A stretch of 63,383 nucleotides of DNA, counting the filler. It is 10 parts of 10 records of this genome, joined end to end, with 100 filler letters (N's around TTAATTAATTAA, not from the genome) between each part and the next. Parts side by side here need not be neighbours in the genome. Positions count along the whole stretch, not along the records: positions 51,147 to 56,939 come from SRR31147125_249971; positions 57,040 to 63,383 come from SRR31147125_250980; 8 more parts are not named here. One strand, written 5' to 3'. The stretch's first letter is position 1. Each line of letters begins with the position of its first letter. A model generated the notes under the pieces. The model saw only the letters and a program-made list of their open reading frames with translations, ran no database searches and was not told where the DNA came from. A program made the translations under genes and the position numbers. Below, piece after piece: positions 51,802 to 63,383 of this stretch.

Positions 51802-52575
51802 ATGACCCATCTCACTACATCCGCAATCGTTTTGCGCCGGCGTGCATATGGTGATTTTGACCTGATTATCACTGTACTAACCCAGGAGCACGGCGTCAGA
51901 ACACTGATTGCCAAATCGGCCAAAAAAAGCATCAAACGATTTCCGGGTATCCTGGAACACTTTGACGGCCTCAGAATTGTCTGTCGCGAACCGCGGGGAA
52001 AGGGCCTGTCGGTTCTTGAGGAGGCTAACCTGGAAAAGAATTTTGGTGTCGTGCGATCCGATGTTGTAAAAACAGCATATGCCAGCTACTGGTCCGAGCT
52101 GGTGGTGATGTGGCTTGAGGCGGAAGAGCCCAGACGCGACATTTACGACCTGCTGGCCTTTGTGCTCGACGCGCTGTCGAGCGACGCCGCTCCCGCAGCC
52201 CTGTTGAGCCTGTTGTTTCAAATGCGCTTTATCGGCCGTGAAGGATTGCGGCCTGTGTTGGAAAGGTGCACCTGCTGCCAGACCGATGTTGAGCAGCTTC
52301 CCCAGAATCAATTTTGTATCGATTTGCAACAGGGGGGGATCGTCTGTAATCAGTGCCCCGGCCCTGACGCCCGGCAGCTCAGATTGAGCAAAGGTACACT
52401 CAAACAGTTGATGTGGATGGCCAAGGGGGATATGGAAAAGGCCCTGCGCGTCAGATTCGCGGCACACTCCATGGAGGAGGCGACCCAGTTCATGGAGGCG
52501 TTTGTTCCCTTCCACATCGGTCGTTCACCCAAAAGCCTTGGTTTTCTGAGGCAGATCCGTTCTTCCCAAGCATAG
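51802..52575 (+). CDS. recO: DNA repair protein RecO
   Basis: AIVLRRRAYGDFDLIITVLT..G, AKKSIKRF, CTCC...CNQC zinc finger. Confidence 0.93.
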   Translation: MTHLTTSAIVLRRRAYGDFDLIITVLTQEHGVRTLIAKSAKKSIKRFPGILEHFDGLRIVCREPRGKGLSVLEEANLEKNFGVVRSDVVKTAYASYWSELVVMWLEAEEPRRDIYDLLAFVLDALSSDAAPAALLSLLFQMRFIGREGLRPVLERCTCCQTDVEQLPQNQFCIDLQQGGIVCNQCPGPDARQLRLSKGTLKQLMWMAKGDMEKALRVRFAAHSMEEATQFMEAFVPFHIGRSPKSLGFLRQIRSSQA

Positions 52576-52593
52576 AACCATGCGGGCATAGAC

Positions 52594-53643
52594 ATGAGTT
52601 TTTTTAGAAAATTTTTAGAAAAGGAACCGGTGGAGGCATCTGCCCCATGTCGACTCGATATGGGGGGAACTCTCGATTTAAGCACCTTTTACCTGCCGCT
52701 TCGTCATTTGAACCCATGCACTTTCAATGTGGCCGTTGATATGCGGACACGCGTACGGTTGTTTCCACACCAGGACGGGAGGATCAAAATCAGCTCCCGT
52801 GGATTTGATCCTATAGACGTGGATAGCCGGATCGCGCCGTTCTCATCACCTGTAGGCCTCATGTTTGCGGTGGCCGCCTTTTTTAATGTGGATGGCGTGC
52901 ATATTCAGATCGATTCATCAAGTCCACCCCGCAGTGCCCTGGGCGGGTCATCAGTTGCGGCATCAGCGTTGGCTTGGGCATTGAGCAAGGTGAAGGCAGC
53001 CGAGGGGCGGCCTTTGCCCGTTCCTGGACAGGTCGCAGCCTGGGCCCATGCCATCGAACAGAGTGTGGCCGGCGTTCCATGCGGGATGCAGGATCATCTT
53101 GCAGCTGTCTATGGCGGTATCAATGGGTGGTGCTGGGCGGGCAGTAACAAGGGAGATATCGGCTATAAACGAATGGAACTCATTGAGCCCGAAGCGTATC
53201 CGGAATTCAACAAGCGGATTCTCGTGGCCTATTGCGGCGTTCCGCATGTCTCCAAAGATATCAATGGAACCTGGGTGCGTGAATTTCTGGCCGGCCGCCA
53301 TCGGGACACATGGCACAGGATCATCACGCAGAGTCGTGAGTTCATAGAAGCCCTGGCGCAGTGTGATTACCAGTCTGCCGTATCGGCTATGAATGCAGAG
53401 ACCGATTTGAGGGTCCATATGACGCCCGAAGTGCTGGATACGATGGGAAGTGCTTTGATGACTGCTGCGCGAGGAAACGGCTGCGGGGCGAGGTTCACCG
53501 GAGCCGGGGGAGGCGGCTGTCTCTGGGCTTTGGGAGCACCCGATAAAATCGCCGGGTTGAAACCGAAATGGCAGGAGATTCTTGCAGACCGGCCGGAGGC
53601 GACCCTGTTGAACGTCACCGTTGATGCCAACGGCATCTTGTGA
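52594..53643 (+). CDS. GHMP-family kinase (HddA/galactokinase-like)
   Basis: SAPCRLDMGG, PPRSALGGSS, GMQDHLAAVYGG, GARFTGAGGGGC. Confidence 0.88.
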   Translation: MSFFRKFLEKEPVEASAPCRLDMGGTLDLSTFYLPLRHLNPCTFNVAVDMRTRVRLFPHQDGRIKISSRGFDPIDVDSRIAPFSSPVGLMFAVAAFFNVDGVHIQIDSSSPPRSALGGSSVAASALAWALSKVKAAEGRPLPVPGQVAAWAHAIEQSVAGVPCGMQDHLAAVYGGINGWCWAGSNKGDIGYKRMELIEPEAYPEFNKRILVAYCGVPHVSKDINGTWVREFLAGRHRDTWHRIITQSREFIEALAQCDYQSAVSAMNAETDLRVHMTPEVLDTMGSALMTAARGNGCGARFTGAGGGGCLWALGAPDKIAGLKPKWQEILADRPEATLLNVTVDANGIL

Positions 53644-53716
53644 TTCACGAGGAATGGTGGTAAACAGGCCGACCATCAGGAACTGAAACACTTTTTATCA
53701 GCGCAAGGGGAAAGCG

Positions 53717-54586
53717 ATGTATTTTCAGGATGTGATATTGGCATTGCACAAGTTCTGGGCACGCAAAGGGTGCCTTCTGGTGCAACCCTACGATTTGGAG
53801 GTCGGTGCCGGAACGTTTCACCCGACGACTCTGTTGAAGGCATTGGGGCCCGAGCCGTGGAGTGTCGCCTACGTTCAGCCGTCACGGCGCCCAACGGATG
53901 GCCGCTATGGAGAGAATCCCAACCGTCTGCAACACTACTACCAGTACCAGGTTATTTTGAAGCCCTCTCCGCAGGATGTCCAGAAACTCTACCTCGACAG
54001 TATGAAGGTGTTGGGCATCGATCCACTGGAACATGATATCCGTTTTGTTGAAGATGACTGGGAGTCGCCCACCTTGGGGGCCTCCGGCCTCGGGTGGGAA
54101 GTGTGGCTCGATGGCATGGAGATTACCCAGTTTACCTACTTTCAACAAGCCGGCAGCATCGAGCTCTCGCCGGTCTCCGTAGAATTGACCTACGGTTTGG
54201 AACGGATCACCATGTACCTGCAGGGTGTGGACAATGTATACGATCTCAAATGGAATGAGAAGACAACATATGGTGATGTCCACCATCAGCAGGAGGTGGA
54301 ACAGTCGACCTACAACTTCGAGCTGGCCGACGTCAAGATGCTGTTGACGCTGTTCAACCTTTATGAGGCTGAGTCCAAGCGCGTGGCGGCCGAAGGAATG
54401 GTTTTGCCGGCATATGAGTACTGCCTGAAATGCTCGCACACCTTTAACCTGCTCGATGCGCGCGGCGCGATCAGTGTAACTGAGCGTACCGGATACATCG
54501 GGAGAATTCGCAATTTGGCCCGTGCCTCGGCCGAAGCCTATCTAAAGCAACGTGAAGAGATGGGCTTTCCCCTGTTGCAGCGATAG
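53717..54586 (+). CDS. glyQ: glycine-tRNA ligase alpha subunit
   Basis: [49 protein letters not shown]. Confidence 0.98.
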   Translation: MYFQDVILALHKFWARKGCLLVQPYDLEVGAGTFHPTTLLKALGPEPWSVAYVQPSRRPTDGRYGENPNRLQHYYQYQVILKPSPQDVQKLYLDSMKVLGIDPLEHDIRFVEDDWESPTLGASGLGWEVWLDGMEITQFTYFQQAGSIELSPVSVELTYGLERITMYLQGVDNVYDLKWNEKTTYGDVHHQQEVEQSTYNFELADVKMLLTLFNLYEAESKRVAAEGMVLPAYEYCLKCSHTFNLLDARGAISVTERTGYIGRIRNLARASAEAYLKQREEMGFPLLQR

Positions 54587-54661
54587 CGCTCCAAAGCGTT
54601 GCGGCAATTATGATACATACTGTGCACGCCCACGGGCTGTTTAATATCGATTGAGGTGTAT

Positions 54662-56725
54662 ATGGAACGCTTGCTTCTTGAAATTGGGACCGAAGAGATT
54701 CCCGCAGGGTACATTCAACCAGCCCTGGACGCATTGAGCGTCAGTTTATCCAAAGTTCTGTCGGAGGCCCGCATCGATCATGGTGCCGTCATTACGCATG
54801 GTACCCCGCGTCGCTTGGTTGCGATGGTCGATGCCGTGGCGCCACGCCAGCTGTCGCAGACCGAAGAGGTGATGGGGCCACCCGAGAAAATCGCTTTTGA
54901 CGATCAGGGCAAATTCAGCGTGCCGGCCAGGAAATTTGCTGAAAAGGTAGGTCTCCCACCCGAACGGCTGAAAATTGTGGACACGGAGAAGGGGCGTTAC
55001 TTGAGTGCCTCGATCACCGACAAGGGCACAACGACAAAGAATTTTTTAAAACAGAGGCTGCCTGAGATCATACTGAACATCCCCTTTCCCAAAGCCATGC
55101 GCTGGTCGGACCTCTCCATCTCCTTTGCACGACCGATACAGACCCTTGTGGCGCTGCTGGGAACATCGGTTATCCCTTTTACACTGGGGGGGCGCCTGAA
55201 AAGCGGACGCCATGCATGGGGCCACATGTTTATGAACCGCAAACGCATCAAGATTGAGAGTGCCGGCGATTATGTCGATCAACTCAGAAAAGAGAATGTG
55301 ATCGTCGATATTGCCCTTCGCAAGCAGATGGTGCGTGAGGAGGTTGATCGTGCAGCCCAAAAGATGGGGGGATTGTTCCCGACGAAGCCCTGCTCGATAC
55401 GGTCACCAATCTGGTGGAGATCCCGGTAGCCGCAGGGGGGCGATTTGACGATGAATTTCTTGAGCTGCCGCGTGAAATTCTGATTACCTCCATGCGGGAG
55501 CATCAGAAGTACTTTGCCATAAACGATGCGGCGGGCAACCTGATGCCATGTTTCGTCGCCGTGAACAACACGCGTACCAAGGACATGGCGCTGGTCGCCA
55601 AAGGTCATGAACGTGTACTGCGCGCCCGTTTGTCCGATGCCCAGTTTTTTTACCGTGCCGATCTGAAGCAAAACATGGAGACGTGGTATGAGCAGCTGGA
55701 GGGCGTCCTTTTCCAGGCGAAGCTGGGCACGATGCGAGAAAAGGTTGAGAGAGTAGAAAAAATGGGTGCCTATCTGGCCAGTGTGGCAGCGCCGGAACTC
55801 CAGCCATCAGTGACGCGGGCGGCGCATCTGTGCAAAGCCGATCTCGTTTGTCAGGTGGTAGGTGAGTTTCCGAAACTGCAGGGCAGCATGGGGCGGATTT
55901 ACGCTACGGCGGCCGGCGAAGAAGAAGATGTGGCCACTGCCATCGAAGAGCACTATCGCCCGACACACTCCGGCGGGCCGTTGCCGGAAAAGACAACCGG
56001 CGCTCTCCTGGCCATAGCAGATAAACTGGACTCTATCTGCGGCTGCTTTTCGGTTGGGCTGATTCCCACAGGCGCTTCCGATCCCTACGCATTGAGAAGA
56101 CAAGTGATCGGTATCGTTCAGATCGTGTTGAAGCACGGTCTTGATTTCTCTTTGCGGGAGGCCATTGCAGAGGCGTTGAAAGCCTATGCTTCCGACAGCA
56201 AGGAAGAGACCCAGGCTGCCGTTTACGCATTTATTCAGCAACGCATTGCCCGCATGTTGGCCGAGGAGGGATTTGCAAAAGATGTCATAGCCGCGGTGAC
56301 AGCTGTTTCCGTTGAATATATTCCCAACGTGTGGCAACGCGTCGAAGCGTTGCAGCAACTTAAAGGCGCTCCCGACTTCGAACCCCTCGCTGTGGCTTTT
56401 AAACGTGCCGTCAACATTTTGCGCAAGTCGAAGGAGGCGATACCCGATACGCCCGACACAGCACTGTTCAGAGAAAGTGCTGAAGGGGCACTATATGAGG
56501 CCTACCTGGAGGTCAGGGATGAAGCTGCAAACCGATACGAGAAGGGGGACATGGCTTTCCGTACTTATGAAGATCGCTACCCTTAGAACCCCGGTAGACC
56601 GCTTTTTCGACGATGTTATGGTGATGTGTGAAGATACGGCGTTGCGCTGTAACCGTTTGGCGCTTTTAAAGGCCATTGCGAGTCTTTTTAATCGGATCGC
56701 TGATTTTTCTAAAATTGCGACTTAA
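54662..56725 (+). CDS. glyS: glycine-tRNA ligase beta subunit, split by two apparent 1-nt indels (near 55371 and 56557)
   Basis: LLLEIGTEEIP, TPRRL, HQKYF, RARLSDA, EFPKLQG, DPYALRR, FFDDVMV...NRLALL spread over three frames. Confidence 0.93.
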
Positions 56726-56734
56726 ACACAAGCG

Positions 56735-56783
56735 ACAACTGCGCTTTCGGTTTGGATCCGTTGCCGGAAGCGGAGTGGTTGTG
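56735..56783. terminator. hairpin after glyS
   Basis: ACAACTGCGCTTTCGG...CCGGAAGCGGAGTGGTTGT imperfect stem, no clear U-tract. Confidence 0.45.
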
Positions 56784-56806
56784 GATATTGAAAGGAAGGT
56801 AACCCT

Positions 56807-56939
56807 ATGCCCTACGATCCCAATAAGGATGAAGTGGTAAAGAAGTGGCGCTGTGAAGAGACTGGTTTGATGGTATCGATTCAGCGATATGACGGCGGGG
56901 AGGCCAAAGTCCAGATTGGCCCCCGGATCCTTTTGAAAA
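56807..56939 (+). CDS. conserved-looking hypothetical protein, 3' truncated
   Basis: AAGGAAGGT SD; MPYDPNKDEVVKKWRCEETGLMVSIQRYDGGEAKVQIGPR. Confidence 0.7.
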
Positions 56940-57039
56940 NNNNNNNNNNNNNNNNNNNNNNNNNNNNNNNNNNNNNNNNNNNNTTAATTAATTAANNNNN
57001 NNNNNNNNNNNNNNNNNNNNNNNNNNNNNNNNNNNNNNN

Positions 57040-57737
57040 TCCCGCCGCTGCACCACACGTATCGCTACCAGAAGGACGATCATCCTGAAGGTGCAACGAT
57101 GGATGAGCATTACCTACGGGCCATGCGAAAGCGCCAACACGTAGACCCGTCGATTGTTAGCGCACTTCAAGAGGGCGAGTTCGCACTGGCCGGCCAGGAC
57201 GAGGAAAAGAAGGATGAACAAACTTCATCGGGTCCTGATACACCCGAAAAGGGGGTCGAGGGTGTGTGGGGGAGAGCGTTCGGTTGGTTGATCATTCATC
57301 ATTCCTACCCAGGGGACATTGAGAATCACCGCAGGGATGAGGAGAAAGATGAACTTATTGAAGAAGAAACCCTGTACAACGACAGACAGAGCTCGTGGCT
57401 TCGTGTACGTGGATCGTTCTTGATTCTCGTTTTTCTGTATCTCACCTTGTGTGCAGGTGCGGTGGACATGTGTGAATCCAAACTTTGGCGAGATTTACAA
57501 CATGGACCGGCCGTTGATTACGCTGGGCCTTCAAGTTATGTTCTATATTCCCGATTCAACGGTGGATAGACGAGAATGGTCGCGACGTGCATCCCTGGAC
57601 TTCACATGGGAACAACCAGAGGTGTGTGGTGGTGCGGGACAAACTCTGTCACGTTGTCGTAACACGAGTTCCAGAGCCACGCAACTCCCGGCTCAGATGC
57701 CGCCGATCACCAGGTTACGACTGTGATTCCCATATGA
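57040..57737 (+). CDS. eukaryotic hypothetical protein, multi-exon, 5' truncated
   Basis: Open exons joined by three short GT-AG introns, ending ...HQVTTVIPI* (TGA 57735-57737). Confidence 0.55.
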
Positions 57738-57755
57738 GTGTCCTCTCTGTTTCAT

Positions 57756-60700
57756 TTAATGCAACGCTATATCCCGAAGCTCCGGGTAGTCTCTCCGAAT
57801 TCTTTCGCGTGCCGCCTGCACAAATGCGTGGGAGGGGAAGAAGGATGGGGCAGCACACCTCGTGGTTCGAGTACAACGAACAGAGAATCTTCCGTTGCAC
57901 ACTGTCCAGCTTCACAGGGATGAATGTGTCGGGCCATGGATAAGCGAGCTGGAACCGGAAGTCATGATATGTGGCGCGGTACAACACAACACACACACCA
58001 GATCTTCCGCCGGAGAAACGGGATGATACATGAACAAATCGCGAAATGGTGCCTAGCACAGCAAAAATATGAGAGGAATACGGGACAACCAACACAAACC
58101 GGTTCGGGAGACACAGTCAGCAATCGAAGAAGCAGGGCCTCGCCTGCAAATCCTATCAGGGATCCACGAAATAGTGCAGCACTCAAATGATGAAGAGCAA
58201 CGACGTAGAGGAAACCACAAGTTGTCATAGTAAGATGTCCGCCACTCAGCGCGGCCACATAGAGACGCAACACCTCCTCGTCCTTCTCGAGGGGAGCGAG
58301 GTAACCCAGTGGATCGCCCACCGGATCTCCTGCCAGCAAGTGCAAGACTTCAGAAAGTTCCGAAAGAATCGTTCGGCGGAGGTGAGGTGCGAACTAGGCG
58401 GAGTATAGATTACATTGCTGAGAAGGGATTCTCCATGTACTCACCTCCATGCGAAGGAACCAACGTAGCACGCATGCAAATACTCGGTCTCCATACGATC
58501 CTGCAGAAAACTACAAGGACCACGTGAATGATAAGCCAGAAATACTGATGCAGCAAACCTGGTTGACAAGATCCAGGAAGAGTGCGTTGAAGTCAACTGC
58601 ACGCGTGGCCTGAGGGGGGATATCACTTTGGGAATCAATCAGGGAACACACTACACACCTCTAGTGTAGTGCCCATTTCGCATCCAGACAAGCGCCGGGT
58701 GTAATGGTTAAAAAGGGAACCCAGCAGAGCATTGATGGGAGGCTGTACAACGTAAGTGTTTGATCCACCACGCCCCTCATCCACTACAGACCTCTCGGAA
58801 AAGATCACCCTCTTTGGTGAAGACTTGGAGGATGCGACACAATCGTGTGGGAAGAGGAAGTGATGCCATGTCTGTCGTCGCGATCAGCATTACGCACAAT
58901 GAACTACCACAGCACATACATGTACTGTCCGTACGTTCCAGCAGGGCAACAAACTGCAGGGTTGCTTCCACAAGCTCACCTAGTTCTCCTTGGATCGTCT
59001 GCAGGCGACACCTTCAGGCAGGAGAACAACATGAGACATTCGCGCACTTCTGTAATGGGATAGAACACCCAATCCAAAGCAGCAGGAAGGAGAGATGAGT
59101 GTCGCGAAAGAAGAAAGCCCTCAATGTGCGAGACGTCACCCTGATCTCGGGATCGGGATCGGTCGCGTGCTGACAAACCAACCACGATGAGACACAACAA
59201 ATGATACAAGAATGATGTACCTGTGGTAGAGATGAGAAGGGAGCCCATGAAATCCAAAAGGGCCGTTCGTAGACGCGTTCCATCAATTCGCAGCCGCCAT
59301 GGGCTCCCATCCTCCCAAGGACCACGCATTACAGCGCCCAAGTACTCCGGATTGAATATCACGTGAGAAAGAAGTTGCTAGGAAAGAGATCAGGGCCCGT
59401 TCGGGAAGGCCAATCGCACCTCCATCAGACTTTCATCTCCATGGACTACCACAGCGACCAGAGAGACGGCTAGGTCGTGAATTGTTCCCCGCAATTCGAG
59501 TGAGTGGGAAAGATGATACAGAAGCTTCGACATCTGGAAAAGGAGAAGAGTAATGGGACGAAAGAAGAATGGCAAGGGATAAGACTGAAAGACACTCTGA
59601 GGAGAATAAGCGGCCCCAGTTACGTCACCCTCCCTCCCCCGTACCTCCACACCACGTAAGGATCGTACATATGAATGAAGGTGATGAACCAAATCGTCCA
59701 CTCCTTCTCGTGCAAGCCCTGGGAAGGTGCAAAAGATCAGAACTCAAGGAGAGGCGAGAAAGGTCCGTTCAATACCTCGATGTAGATCCACTATCGCCGC
59801 CATCCAGGACGTGAATCCCAACAAAGAATCAACCACTTCCATCGCTTCCACCTACCGCACACGTTGATTCCCACCCCCACCGGAGTTTGTGATCACGCAC
59901 AAGTAACGAAGCCCCCGGTGGAATGCATGACGCGCCTCTTGTCCAAGAGATATGGGAGGAGAAGCGTCCCAGACCCTAACACCACAATAAGCACGTGTCT
60001 GCAATCGGCACCCTGGACAGACCAATTCTCCGTTTCGTGTGCATGCACGTAGTGCCTCTGCATCAGGTAATTCAGGAATCACAGACGGAATGATGTAGTC
60101 GTCCACCAACGGGAGCACAGTCTTACAGGAGGATGAAATCGTGATCACAAGTGTCTTCCCACGTACCTTTTGCCACAAGGATTCAAGAATAGGGATTGCA
60201 GTACTCGCAGAGTAGTGTAAAGGCGCCTGAGATGGCCAGAACTGATAATAGGCTGATAGGATGTGACACGTTGCAGCGAACATCCCACGAAGAGCATTCC
60301 TGAGGGTGGATTATGTGAAGGAATCCTATTCTGCGATGCACAAACCTTATGGCGTGACTATGAACTTGGTTTCCGACAAGAATCACCCGTTGTGCCAATT
60401 CAGCCGCGGCACTTGCGATAGGGTGTACCTGTAGGGCATTCAGTCCCTTGGGTAAATATAGAGTACTTTGACAAGGTACCACTGTCCAGCTGAGCCCTCC
60501 ACACGCTGAAACCAAAGATGAGAATCACAGAACTCCTTGTTCCCTTTTGAATCCCACCTGCAGAGCGAATCCCACTTGCACACACAAGAAGAGCAACACG
60601 GGCACGACTCGTTGTACACTGTAAAGCTATACCACGAAATTGGTGTGAGTGGTGGCTAGCACACGGGTACACTTTGCCCTGGATCACACCCTCAGTGTCC

Positions 60701-63301
60701 GCGCACTCCACCATGGAAACGAAACTCTTCCATCGAGATCCTGGGAAGGGAATGACGCAGGCTACACGGTGCAAGGTTGAATCGTACCTTCGTCCAGCAT
60801 TCCCAGATCCGCCAGCACTGCATAGAGATCGACAAACGATCCAGTATCGAGCCCATAGAAGAGGACCACACGCCATAGCCGAAGTGCCTCCTGTTGAAAC
60901 AGGAAGAAGAGAGAGGGGAGGAGGAATCGTACGCACCAAACAGAGATCGCCGTGAACAGAAGTGCCGTGACATACCGCCTCGGGACGGCCGTCGCTTCCA
61001 TATCCTCCAACAAGAAAACGCTGTGTAACGATGTGGTGAATTGTTCATCTCTCAACCACGCACTACACACACCTTTGTGGCGTCAATCAGCCCGTTATGA
61101 ACGAATTCATGAGCAATGTCTCGGCCAGCCGTGCAAAGGACACGAATCTTGGCACAAGAAAGAACAAGAACAAGAAAAAGGTAAGGTAAGACCCTTTAGA
61201 GGAACATCATACCAGCTTGATGGCTCGACTTGAGGGTGTGTCCGCGATGAACTCTTGACGGATTACATCCATGAGACGAGGACACTTAGGGAGAGGCAAA
61301 TTAAGATGGATCATCCCCGTTTCCGCACATACGCGGGCTACAGCGTTGGCACACGACAAAGAGTGGCGAGCTATGCGAATAAGAAGATCCAAAATCTTAT
61401 CCGCCGTGTCCTTTGTGTGATGGTGTGGCTGAAGGACTTCCAACACGAAGCTGTGGGTCGAAAATGAATACATCAACAAGTGTACATTGTATGGAGTACG
61501 TTACCGCAAACGGTTCACCACGTTGGTGTGGAGCAGTCCCATGATCAAATCCGCCGCAAGAATCTGTGACCACAAATGAGGACACACCGCCACACCACCG
61601 CCACACCACCACACCTCTTCTTCTTGTGATCTATCGCCATCTACACTCTTGGCATCGGGACCGTCTTCAATTGCCATAGGAATGACTTCGAGACCTCGGC
61701 CAAGGAGATCCAGTGCATCAAGCAGATCCTCGTCTCCCTGTGAAACTACAAGTGCATGCAATGCCTCCAATCCTTGTTGCAGAACGGACGAGCTGGTGTC
61801 ATCAATACCAACGCGCAGGATGAGAAGGACAGTCGGGCGAACAAGCGATGAAGCGGTGGAAGCTGCGACGTGACGTGACATCCTTTCAGTCCAACAAAGG
61901 GTGTCGTGGACAGCTAGCTGGTACCATCAAGAGATTCGTTAACCTTAACGTTCGCAAGAATCTTTCCCAGAACTCCCAAAGCCACTACGTGCATTGGATG
62001 TCATTGGCCAGAAGAGAAAAAGATAGAGAAAGAGAAAGGAGTTCCGCACATGCCCGTTGACCGGCCACAGAGCTCCTGGCCAGGCGTAGAAGTTCTCGAA
62101 TGGTGTATCCAGGGCGTGTTGCCTGGTCGCCGTGATGATGGAGTCCCGCATGCGAAGGAACCTCTACACTTCCATGACTCTTCAGAAATCTCTCGTGAAC
62201 AGGCCGCACCATCATTGGGATTCATCAGGTGTCCCTCCAAAGCGAAACGCATGGTATCAATCACATCATCTGCACACATGAGAAGGGCCAGGAGCAAGGA
62301 CGGCGTACCTGAGGCTTCGTCTTTCTCTGTTTCTTCTTCAGGAGGTAAGGTCCACTCGAGCTTGGCCTGATCCAAGGATTCCGTTTCTGCTGGGTGTGGA
62401 GCACTGGACACAGAAAAGTTGGACACACACAAAGAGAAATGATGCAACAAACCTGTCCTGAAATGTGCCCTCTGTCCTCTGTTGAGCCCGCTTTCGAACG
62501 AGATCCACAATCTATGAGACATCATGCTCTGTTCTGCTCTGTTCAAACGCTCCCAACCTGGGGATCCACGCTGCGAAGAACTTCCTCCCGAGCGGCATGA
62601 ATTTCATCAAGACTCATACGCTCCAGTCGTTCCACGTTCTCCCTGTGAATGGATTCATGTAACGCGTCTCCCTCTTCCTCTTTTGGCCCACGAGACGCTA
62701 TTCCCTTCTCCTTCTCTTTCTCCCTCTTTCTTATCCCGAAAGTGACCTTTCGATTCAAGGAATGGGACACGACACACGAAGCGGAGATGTGTGTGTGAAA
62801 GTACCTGTGATCGATGAAGAGCGGGTGGGAAAGCACATCCTCGTCCCGAGGAGGACGGAGGAACAACATCCAGCTGTGATACGTCACGTTCACGAACCTG
62901 TGGCCCTGTGTGTGAGTCGTTTGGAGGATGTCGCGAGATCTCACACACGCACAACGGCAGCAACTACTGATTGTGTGTGATCACTCCTGGGTTCTCTTGA
63001 TGGGTGTTCGACCACACAGGGAGAACGTCTGGTCCCAGAGGTGGAAGAGGGAACCGATGGTGTTGGTGTCGCTGTCGCAGAAAGAAGGTTCAGAGGTTCA
63101 CACACGTTGTAGCCTCCCCACATCCTCTCTCTTCACACCCCGGCCCCTCCACACACCCTCTCCATGATTCTGTGCGGGGGGTTCAACACGAATAACACGT
63201 GCTGCAGACTCGGTTCGTCGTTGGAGAAACTCGTCTTGAAGACGCAGTAGTTCTGCCTCTGCTTCGGGCCCTGTGCCACGTTGAGGCCGCCTCAAATCCA
63301 T
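57756..63301 (-). CDS. RPAP1: RNA polymerase II-associated protein 1 (RPAP1/Rba50), multi-exon
   Basis: IHRENVERLERMSLDEI (RPAP1_N), RFALEG...GLHHHGD...GYTIRELLRLARS...QR (RPAP1_C), YLAPLEKD...LYVVALHH C-terminal motif; spliced end ...LRDIALH*. Confidence 0.88.
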
Positions 63302-63383
63302 ACACCACACTGCACTCAACAACGATAACAAGGGAATGCTATATGGATTCATTGGTGGTGGGGGTGGTGATCGCCTCGGTCCG

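Noticed and set aside
54662-56725. glyS pseudogene or programmed frameshifting
   Set aside because: Essential gene, single-base indels in short runs, and the same error type occurs in other contigs.

Overview
The window is not one locus. It is ten unrelated contigs joined by artificial 100-nt linkers (N44-TTAATTAATTAA-N44). Six contigs are bacterial: two Clostridia-like (1-7171: nth-obgE-yhbY, a G3PDH-like trio, SPL-family radical SAM, M14 peptidase; 40347-45411: cdaA-cdaR, tandem family-4 UDGs), three Desulfobacterota-like (29686-34696: pepN, diheme cytochrome, sdhAB; 34797-40246: lpxH, VOC, TPR, CPA2; 51147-56939: recO, GHMP kinase, glyQS) and one alphaproteobacterium-like (45512-51046: madM, bioMNY, azlCD, tRNA-Asn). 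Four contigs come from a compact, intron-dense eukaryote with ~45-70-nt GT-AG introns, probably an anaerobic protist. They carry a villin/supervillin-like gene, a giant disintegrin-repeat/IPT/Cys-rich multi-TM receptor with prokaryote-like inserted domains, an apparent ARM-EVH1-SRPK fusion kinase, a 12-intron PFOR fragment with a long N-terminal extension, and RPAP1. Single-base homopolymer indels break several genes and look like sequencing errors. Taxon calls and domain names come from motif recognition by eye, not from database searches.
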